Below, one piece after another: positions 54,201 to 64,000 of a stretch of 64,000 bases of DNA. The stretch's first letter is position 1. The number at the start of each line of letters is the position of its first letter. Below the pieces are notes generated by a model, which did no database searches, had not been told where the DNA came from, and saw only the letters and a program-made list of their open reading frames with translations. The stretch comes from Eledone cirrhosa (Eukaryota), in assembly GCA_964016885.1 (NCBI GenBank), contig OZ024743.1, forward strand, positions 333,870,001 to 333,934,000. Reading direction: 5' to 3'. The position numbers and the translations under genes were made by a program.

Positions 54201-55029
54201 TGCGTGTGTCTGTGTGTCTGTGTGTCTGTGAAACAGATCTGAACGAAGAAAGAAAAAGCATGAGCGCAGTTGAAGGTTATGAAATGATGTGTGTTTACCT
54301 CGGTTTTAATTGGTTGCTACTTCTTTCTCCCACTCCGTCTCCAGTAGAGCGTTCATTCTTTCTTCATCCCTTTTAAAATAAAAACTGTTTCCCGACTCTG
54401 TATGTCGAAAACGATTGGTTAATGGCATACAGTAGGATTGATCTGTGTAACTGTGCGAAATTATGGAATGATTCGTTGTGACATGATGAAGCATTTTCAA
54501 GACAAACAATACAACTTTAATGACTAAATATTCAACGGTACTAAACTATTTGTCCCAACTGTGTTATGAAACCAATCTTTACCTATATTGTTTGCAATGG
54601 AATGATAAATTTGTAACATTATCAAGAGATTTGGATATTATGCAAAAGTAAAGAAAAAATTGCCAGGATATCTTTCTTAACATATATAAATAGGAACCCA
54701 AAGACAGGATTTTTATAAGATTTTATGATGATATATTTGAAGAGTATTTGATTAGAAAAATGTCGATTTCCTTAGAGAAGATCCTGTCAGAATATCCTAT
54801 GCTATCATTTATCTTGTTTAGTCGATCATATATTGTTTTATATGGCAATTAAAACAAATGGTGGGAACACAGCATGACCGAATGTTTAAGGACTTCCTTC
54901 GCAATTATTAGGTCCCGGGTTCTATTGGTTGAGCTATTGGAACACTCATTGATGATTCCGACGGAAGTCTATTTAAAAACAAATGGTGACGTAGTGAAAT
55001 TCTTAATGTAATGTTATAGACGATTTAGT

Positions 55030-55370
55030 CGGCGAATTGGGAGAGTCGTTAGAACGTCAGATAGAATGTCTTGCAGTATTCGCTCCAGCTCTTTGTTCTT
55101 TGAGTTCAGATCCCACCGAGGTCAACTTTGCCTTTCAACCATTCGTTTAAAAGTACCAGTCTAGTACTGGAATGGATTCTTCCTCTATGTCTCTTTCTTA
55201 TCCCATCTCTTTCTCTCATTTTCTACTCTTCTCTAGAGGAAATCTGCTGTGTTCAGACATAGAAGGGGATGGGCTCCGCCGCCAGGCTTTAAAAAATGTC
55301 CAAGAAACACCGTAGGACATTATAGCGCCACTACGATTCCAACAGGAGTTACGGAACTATACCAGAGTCG
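55030..55370 (+). mobile_element. SINE subfamily with extended tail
   Basis: gagttcagatcccaccgaggtcaactttgcctttc; tail shared with 22640-22715. Confidence 0.7.
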
Positions 55371-55754
55371 ATTTGTTTAAAAGGAAACATCTGTGGGTGA
55401 GTGTGTGTCGGGTTGCTTGTGGATTCTTACAAATTAATTGTTTATGGGTGATAACAAAGATTGCTAGAGAGTTCAATATAAAGCTGTCTCCCTTTAAAAC
55501 ATAAATATATATTATAATAACAGCGCTGTCCGTCCGTCCGTCGCTCCGTTCGTCACGCTCACTTTATATATAGAGGGGGAGTGCCAAATGAGAGATATGT
55601 TCATAGGTAGAGAGAGAAAAGAGAACGTTGTGTGTTTTCGAGGTGACAGATAGATATAGATAGACAGAAAGTTATGAAGTCACCCTCGTCTATATATATA
55701 GAGGGGGGGGGGAGTGCCAAACGAAATAAACAGAGAAAAGGAACGTAATTTGTT

Positions 55755-56076
55755 TAGAGAGAGAGAGAGAGAGAGAGGGGGGAGAGAAGGAGAGAGAGGG
55801 GAGAGAGAGAGAGAGAAAGGAAGAGAGAGGGAGAGAGGGAAAGAGAGAGAGAAAGAGAGAGAGACAGAAAGAGAAAGTGAGAGAGTGAGAGAGAGAAGGA
55901 GAGGGAGAGCGAGAGAGATAAAGAGAGAGAGTTATAGAGAGAGAGTGAGAGAGAGAGTTATAGAGAGAGAGTGAGAGAGAGAGTGAGAGAAGGAGAGAGA
56001 GGGAGAGAGAGAAAGAGAGAAGGAGAGAAAGAGAGAAAGAGAGAGAGAGAGGGAGAGATAGATAGAGAGGAAGAGA

Positions 56077-56115
<39 letters not shown>
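55755..56115. repeat. Compound (GA)n microsatellite
   Basis: Direct reading. Confidence 0.95.
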
Positions 56116-56117
<2 letters not shown>

Positions 56118-56971
56118 TGTATTTGTGACAGAAAGAGGGAGTAGACATCGCCCTCATCGAGTATTAATTTAAAGAAAATCACGGCAAGAGATATCGGAAT
56201 CAACAATGTTGTAGAAATAGCTAGATTGGTGTTGCCAAAGTAATTTGTCTGTGTGTGTATGTATGTGATTATGTGTGTGTGTATGTGAGTGTGTGTATGT
56301 ATGTGAATGTGTGCGTGTGTGTATATGAGTGTGTGTATGTATGTGAATGTGTGCGTGTGTGTATGTGAGTGTGTGTGTATGCGTGTGTGTGTTTGAGTGC
56401 GTGTGTGTGCGAATGTGTGAGTGTGTGTGTGTCTGTATGCTAACACTTGTGTGATCCCTCTCTCTCTCTTCCCCTCCCCTCACTATCTCTCTCTATGTAT
56501 ATCTATGTGTAAGTGTGTGTGTGTGTGCTAACACTTATGTGCGCTCTCCCCCCTCCTCACTATCTCTGTATATATATATGTGTGCGTGTGCGTGTGTGTG
56601 TTCCAACTTCAGACTTTATTTAGTCTCAAGCAATGAAACAACGCAACGTTCCTCATCATCACAGTCACACGATATTTGTGTGGGATTCCTTGCTCATGTT
56701 TGGATATCAACGGAAATGATCATTCATTGGAACATACTTCCTCACGATGAAAGCTCAAGCAATTGATTATAACGCAACAAACGTACAGAACAGATATATA
56801 AATATTTATATCTTGGTATACTTTTCGCTGAAAAATCACCTGCACGTATTTAATTTAACACTACGTCGGTTTTCACTGGAAATAATCATTGTGTTAAATT
56901 CCCTGGCATGCTTCCAAAATATTTGAGTACATTCATTATTTTACAATTGCAAATATACCCAACGATATAGT

Positions 56972-57080
56972 TTGGAATAGTATAAATAGACAAAATATAA
57001 ACATTGAAATCACCAATGAATGTTCATAGAAAAAGACGTATCAAATATTATTAGACTGGATATATTGCATAACTTTAGTC

Positions 57081-57122
<42 letters not shown>

Positions 57123-57231
57123 GACTAAAGTTATGCAATATATCCAGTCTAATAATATTTGATACGTCTTTTTCTATAAACATTCATTAGTGATTTCAAT
57201 GTTTATATTTTGTCTATTTATACTATTCCAA
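56972..57231. repeat. Inverted duplication (~112-bp arms) around (TA)n
   Basis: ttggaatag...gtcgccat(at)n / atggcgac...ctattccaa. Confidence 0.92.
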
Positions 57232-57381
57232 TTTGCATATCGAGTGAGTTAATCGGCCGGGGTACCGAAAACGATAAACGGAAAAAATGAAACGAAATTT
57301 CATTTCTCACTCTTAGTACGGCAGTTACTTAAATATAAGTATGTATACGTACATACATATATGTATACAGACGTACAGTAG

Positions 57382-57431
<50 letters not shown>

Positions 57432-57847
57432 CATACATGCACACATATATATATGTACGTATGGATATGGATTCACCGAACATTTATTATAATTCTCGGT
57501 GTGTTTGTAAACAAACATTCCGAATTAAGCCGTACAGTGTCTAGCAACCATCGTTGCTCATTTGTTCAACACTGACAAAGGAACGCTATACTAGTTTCAA
57601 GCTTATTAGCTATCGTCAGCAACGTATACCTTCCTGCCAGATGGTTGAACGTCTGAAAGTATATACTTTCCTTATGCATATTAACGGCTGAGCAGCCCAA
57701 TTTGCATATCGAGTGAGTTAATCGGCCGGGGTACCGAAAACGATAAACGGAAAAAATGAAACGAAATTTCATTTCTCAATCTTAGTACGGCTGTTACTTA
57801 AATATAAGTATGTATACGTACATACATATATGTATACAGACGTACAG

Positions 57848-57933
<86 letters not shown>

Positions 57934-58274
57934 GCACACATATATATATGTACGTATGGATTCACCGAACATTTATTATAATTCTCGGTGTGTTTGTAAA
58001 CAAACATCCCGAATTAAGCCGTACAGTGTCTAGCAACCATCGTTGCTCATTTGTTCAACACTGACAAAGGAACGCTGTACTAGTTTCAAGGTTATTAGCT
58101 ATCGTCAGCAACGTATACCTTCCTGCCAGATGGTTGAATGTCTGAAAGTATATACTTTCCTTATGCATATTAACGGCTGAGCAGCCCAATTTGCATATCG
58201 AGTGAGTTAATCGGCCGGGGTACCGAAAACGATAAACGGAAAAAATGAAACGAAATTTCATTTCTCACTCTTAG
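57228..58274 (-). repeat. ~470-490-bp tandem unit (~2.2 copies) with internal (TA)n and HHRs at 57583-57625 and 58072-58114
   Basis: acgttg CTGACGA tagct-aata-agctt GAAA ctag TA (t/c)agcgt; fragment also at 42121-42227. Confidence 0.88.
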
Positions 58275-58394
58275 ATATTTTATTAATGTAGTATACTTTA
58301 GGTAAATGATAACAGTTATGCTCTTAACAACGTGTTACATTTAAATATATATATACATACATATAAGAAAAACATGCACTCATTGTTCGTTTTT

Positions 58395-60115
58395 TAGGGT
58401 AAGGGTATTAGTGAGAAATACTAATCTTATTTAAACCACAAGGAATCTAGATCTATAACAAGAAATTAAATTAATTGATAGGTATACTTATAAGGATACA
58501 TTTATATTAATTCATAAAACAAATTAGTCTATATACCTTGCACCAATAATACTTCAAACATACAACCCAATATTACCAACAAACACTAAATGAAAAACCC
58601 ACACCTAAATGCCACTCATACTACACCCCAAAATACCAACCTAAAACTTAATTTCTCTACCTCTTCTCACATAAAATATAATGACTTTCAAAAAACCATT
58701 CATCCTAATACTCCAATATATGTTAACAACATTACTAACAAAATTCCTAGTAATCAGACTCAAACACCTAAATCAGTTAATCTAACTAAACCTATATATA
58801 ATAAATTCACTAATACTAACTCTCTTAGTTAACATCCTGATACATCGTATAAATATAAAAAAACAATATCGAAACCGTAATAGACGGGTTACTTGGTATA
58901 ATGCTCCATTTAATCTACAAATTAAAGATAATATCCCTAAACAATTTTTACTATCCTAGAGAAAAACTTCCCGCCAAACCATAAATACCATCAAATTTTA
59001 AATAGATCAACTGTCAAATTTTCCTACTCCACTACCAAAAATATACAACAAAATATAAGTGCGTACAACGCATATAAATGTAAAAAACCCCACAAATATA
59101 CCGCCAACACATCAAACCACCCATAATACTAAAATAAACTGCAACAAACCACCATCTCCTTCACCTATAACAAGTCGAGTATATTCCACACCAAATTTGA
59201 CTAACTCTCCTGATATAATATTCACGAATGGTTGTAACTGTAGAATCAAAAGAAATTGCCCATTAAAGAGAAATTGTCTTATTAATAACATAGTCTATAA
59301 ATGTAAAATTATCAATAAGGACTCCACTTATTCATATATAGGAGCTACGTCTAACCAATTTAAAGTAAGATTTAATAGTCACAAACATAGTTTTAAAAAT
59401 GCCGCATTAGCTAATACAACATCCTTGGCTGAAACAATTAATAATTATAGAAAGAAGAATATTGATTACAATCTGACCTGGAGTGTGTTCAAAAGGGCCA
59501 CCCCTTATCAAAATAACAGATATGAGTGTAGATTATGCTCCCAGGAACTTTTTGAAATCATGAAATCTAAGGATATATACTATTAAATAAGCGCCAGGAA
59601 TTAATTATATCTTGCAATCATAGAATTAGAAGAACCTTCAAATATTATAAACCTAATTAATATACACCTTACACTTATATTCTACATATTATTATAATTA
59701 GTTTTTTTAATTTAGTTAACCTATAATTAGTAATTTACTACATAGAACTTCATAATTTTATTTCCCTCTTACAGCTCTTTTCCTAAAATTAATACCTAAA
59801 AGTATACCTATAAATTAATCTAACTTCCTGTTATGAATCTAAATTCCTTGTAGTTTATATAAGATTGGTATTTCTCATTACTACCCTTATACCCAAATTT
59901 TACTTTCCTTCGTTTTTTAACAACATTCTTTAATAACATCTGATTCTTATTTATCACATTCATATGAATTAATATAAATTTATCCTTAGAAGTATACCTA
60001 TCAATTAATTTAATTTCTTGTTATAGATCTAGATTCCTTGTGGTTTAAATAAGAGTAGTATTTCTCACTAATACCCTTACCCTAAAATTTTATTTTCCTT
60101 CGTTTTTAACATTAT
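58395..60115 (+). mobile_element. Naiad-like PLE 3' part with 5' inverted segment
   Basis: WYNAPF; CNCRIKRNCPLKRNC; IVYKC..YIGAT..FKVRFNSH; CRLC; ~58395-58515 inverted at ~59965-60087. Confidence 0.88.
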
Positions 60116-60132
60116 TCTTTACTCCTCCCTTT

Positions 60133-60255
60133 ACAGTCTGAGTTCAAATCCCGCCGAGGTTAACTTTGCCTTTCATCCTTACGGGGTCGATACAATAAAG
60201 TACCAGTAATGTACTGGGTAATTGATGGCCTTGTGCCAAAAGTAGAAACAATTAT
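60133..60255 (+). mobile_element. SINE, 5'-truncated
   Basis: Family core. Confidence 0.85.
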
Positions 60256-60400
60256 TCTTTAATAACATCAAATTTTCGTGTACTCTTCACTGGCTTGACC
60301 TCTTTTCATCCCCAAAGTATTCTTTTCATTCAAAACATTCTTTTCATTCAAAACATAAGTCTGCACTCCTCTACCCCCGTAGAACAATTTTCTTGTAGAA

Positions 60401-63020
60401 CGTCTTTCTTGTTTAGGAGTTGGTCCTTCGAAAACAGCATTTGTAATGTTTCCTCCGAGCATAAGTTACACGGACGGCGTCCTCCCGTGTAAGAGTTAGC
60501 TCTGGACAGTAAGCTCCAAGTGAGATTGTAGGTTATATTATTATCTTGGAGGTCCCAGATGTGGCCTGAAAATGTAGTGGCGTGTCGCCGGACCGGGTTT
60601 CGGAAAGTATGTCGGTGTTAGTAGAGCCGGGTCTTGAAGTCACACGCGGTTAATCCTATATAAGCTTTGTTGGAGGTGTCCGTCCTCACGTTGCACTGGT
60701 AGATCACGTTACGTTCTCGGCATTTGTTGTTGAGGGGGCACGTAGATCTATCAGGGCAGTTACACCTCCTGGTCGGCTCTCCACTGATGTCTAGTGAGAC
60801 TTACCCTATGGGTCAGCACCCAGGAAGTAATCTCATGGTTCAGGAATATGGAGGACAAACGAGACACAACATTCATCCAGTTTGAAATAGAGAGTTACTA
60901 TGTATCTATTACCTTACCGCTCCTTACGGCCGCCTTGGACTTTGCCGAAACACTCACACCCATCACTGACCAGGAATGAAATATCATTCTCCACGCCAGG
61001 AAGACAGTCCTACTTTTCGACAACTTCAAGTGGATAAAGAGAGCTCCCGACTCCCCCTTCGGCGTCAGTATGGGCGCGACGGATTCGGCCGAGGTCACTG
61101 ATCTTATAGGATTATTCCTACTATTTAAACTCACCGAAATGTTTCCTGCATCCGGCGGTGGATTGTACCGGGATGATGGGCTCCTCACCCTCGAAGGGTA
61201 CAACCCCAGTAGTACAGACCGGGTCCATAAACAACTAATCAACTTCTTCCGGGACTGGGGATTTAAAATCACCCTACAAACGTCCCTAACCCGAGTCAAT
61301 TTCCTGGACGTTACCCGTAACCTCGAAAATGATCTGTACTACCCATACAGAAAACCAAACGACAACCTGCATTACATCCACCACCGCTCTAACCATCCTA
61401 GAAACATCACCAATAACCTGGTTAAAAACATCTCCCTCCGCATATCTCGTTTGTCCGCTAATGAGCAGATATTCGACGAACACGCGCCTCATTACAACCA
61501 GGCTCTCAAGCGGAGTGGCTTCCGGGAGGAAATATCCTTTTATCCAGCTTCCCTTAACGGAACCAGCAGGCGACACCGCCGCTCACGCAACTTACCGTGG
61601 TTCAATCCTCCCCATAATGCCGAGGTGGCAACACCTATCGGGAAAATCTTCTTTAGACTCCTCGAAAAACACTTCCCACTACAACACCGCTACCACAACA
61701 TAATCAACAAAAACACCATCAAACTCTCCTAGAGCACCACACCTAACTTCACACAAAACATCGTCTCCTCAAACATTAAAAAAACTCAACCCCTATGGAA
61801 GAAATAACCTAGACATCAGTGGAGAGCCGACCAGGAGGTGTAACTGCCCTGATAGATCTACGTGCCCCCTCAACAACAAATGCCAAGAACGTAACGTGAT
61901 CTACCAGTGCAACGTGAGGACGGACACCTCCAACAAAGCTTATATAGGATTAACCGCATGTGACTTCAAGACCCGGCTCTACCAACACCGACATACTTTC
62001 CGAAACCCGGTCCGGCGACATGCCACTACACTTTCAGGCCACATCTGGGACCTCCGAGATAATAATATAACCTACAATCTCACTTGGAGCTTACTGTCCA
62101 GAGCTAACTCTTACACGGGAGGACGCCGTCCGTGTAACTTATGCTCGGAGGAAACATTACAAATGTTGTTTTCGTAGGACCAAATCCTAAACAAGAAAGA
62201 CGAACTGGTAACCGCATGCAAACACAGATTGCGTAGGACTTACCTCGCCCTCAAACCCCATAACGACCCGGTTGGGTAGACAAGGGCTGATACCCCCCCC
62301 ACTTGCCGAATAAGTTAGGGGAAACCCCAGCTTACATAGGTAGATGTATCTCTTTTCTCTTCTTTTCCTCATTGTCTTCTTTTTCCCCCTGTCTCATCGT
62401 ATCACTTCCTTCCACCCCCTATTTTTTTCCTCGTCTGATTTTCCCCTTTCGCCTACCCCGATGCAGCCCATCGGGCCTCTGTAGCATCAGTTCCCCCACC
62501 CCTGTAATTTTAAGATAGTATTGGCCGAATACGTTTTACTAACTACTTATAGCAGACGTGTTAAACCCCTTTAATTTTGTATCAGTTTTGGTACTACTCA
62601 ATTTCTACAAGTTTTTTCTATTCTCAACTTATTAATCTGTAATTGTAAGATAGCATTGTGATTTTTTAAATTCATTTCTCACTATCTAATTTTATATATA
62701 TTTTTTATTTTTTTCTATTATCTTTTATTGTCTCCTACTCTCATTCGATTTACCTATTCTATAACCTCCCACCCCTACTTCATACACTATCCTTAGAATC
62801 TGCTGTATACATATCACTTTCAACGCTTGACCGCTCCACTCACTCCCCTATTGTTCTACAGGCAAGTTCAGCCACCCTACCTCCCACCAAATGCCATGAT
62901 AGACTTATTTGTGTTTACAACAAATTTTAACCAATCCTTTTGACAACTACAATCTTCCCATATAAGGAAGTACCCCTTGAAAAGTTCGGCTATTTATTCA
63001 CCAGGCTAAACATTTTAATT
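60401..63020 (+). mobile_element. Naiad-like PLE with an inverted endonuclease-region copy at the 5' end
   Basis: FIQFEIESYY, MGATDSAE, GLYRDDGL, NFLDV, WFNPP, CNCPDRSTCPL, IYQC..YIG; 60401-60794 is the reverse complement of 61809-62202; 3' end uncertain. Confidence 0.9.
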
Positions 63021-63160
63021 TAATCCAGAAATAGCCGTCGAAACGGCTTGAGCTCTGCCGTCGGGGTCATACTTTTTTCTATTTCCCACTCTACTACCCT
63101 AAGTATTGAGTACTCTGGTGCGTTATGGTCCATCTGGTTCCTTACCACAATTCCTTTGTT
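63020..63160 (+). repeat. pLTR-like repeat, family shared with 4346 and 44920
   Basis: Sequence match; ends in (TA)n. Confidence 0.65.
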
Positions 63161-63358
63161 ATATATATATATATATATATATATAAATATAAATTCAGCG
63201 AGAATCGCATTTCGGCGAGTAGAAAAAGCGAAACGAAACGCAAAATCAGATTTATATATATATGAGTCACACAACGCCGTACGCTTAAACTATCCATGAT
63301 AAGTAGTTTTCACAACCTCTTATCGGATTACCTTTAACGATATGTTGTTATCCCCCCC

Positions 63359-63409
<51 letters not shown>

Positions 63410-63455
63410 AGGGAGAGAATTGGGAGTGTGTAACACTCCACTTATCAATATATAT

Positions 63456-63527
<72 letters not shown>

Positions 63528-64000
63528 ATATAAAGAGTAAAGAGAAATAACAAAGCAAACGACACAGTAGATGGAAAAATTATATTAATTTAACGCTTAA
63601 ACTAACTGGAAAAGAGTCCTCACAACACGAAATATGAACAGACCTTCAACACTTAATTTTTGATTTTTCCACAATACTTCAAACAAACTACACTTTATTA
63701 ATATTTAATATTTGATAAGATGAATTACATCAATACCAGTAATATTCTATATATTTTATAAAACCACTTTAAAAAAAAATGTTTTTTCCTTTTTTCAAAA
63801 ATAACCCTGTCGGAAAGGAAAGAAGAAAAAAAAGATTTTTAATATATATATTAGAAAAGGAAAGTGAGGTTCTATACAAAACAGTGGATATAGAGAAAAG
63901 GTGAATTTGGAAATAGCACGGAAAATATATTTAAGGACCTGTTTTTCATTTTTTATCCTTTCTTTGATTCGTCAAAGTGACATAATTTAGGGAACAAAGA

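Noticed and set aside
55505-56225. Non-autonomous Helitron/DINE-like element (gtcc repeats after tatatattataata)
   Set aside because: No clear 3' hairpin plus CTRR terminus identified
60977-60979. In-frame TGA in a Naiad-like RT as selenocysteine (reported for some Naiads)
   Set aside because: Position aligns with a non-Cys residue in the related copy (DEIKII); the conserved Cys codons are TGY; TAG stops also disrupt this copy

Overview
This is an AT-rich, repeat-saturated animal genomic window. The SINE, LINE and microsatellite content suggests an octopod cephalopod, which is inference rather than proof. I found no convincing host-gene exon. Mobile elements present: two RTE-type LINE families (one with three C-terminal C2H2 fingers, one near full-length with APE+RT), a decayed Gypsy/Ty3 LTR element, an R4/Dong 3' end, CRE-like remnants, hAT/piggyBac/pogo-like DNA transposon relics, many tRNA-derived SINEs, and at least seven Penelope-like element (PLE) fragments (mostly Naiad-like, one Neptune-like). 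The most notable signal is not visible in the ORF track. Many short non-coding units sit between (TA)n tracts, arranged as tandem arrays or fold-back palindromes, and carry minimal type-I hammerhead ribozyme (HHR) motifs: CUGANGA, stem II, GAAA, a short palindromic stem III, UH, closed by stem I. At least eight unrelated HHR sequence families occur. They include a 310-bp array of about 8.4 apparently identical, highly structured monomers (49556-52174) and 483-bp and 489-bp tandem units, resembling retrozyme/circRNA-type non-autonomous elements mobilised by PLE enzymes. All motifs were read by eye; no folding or database search was run.
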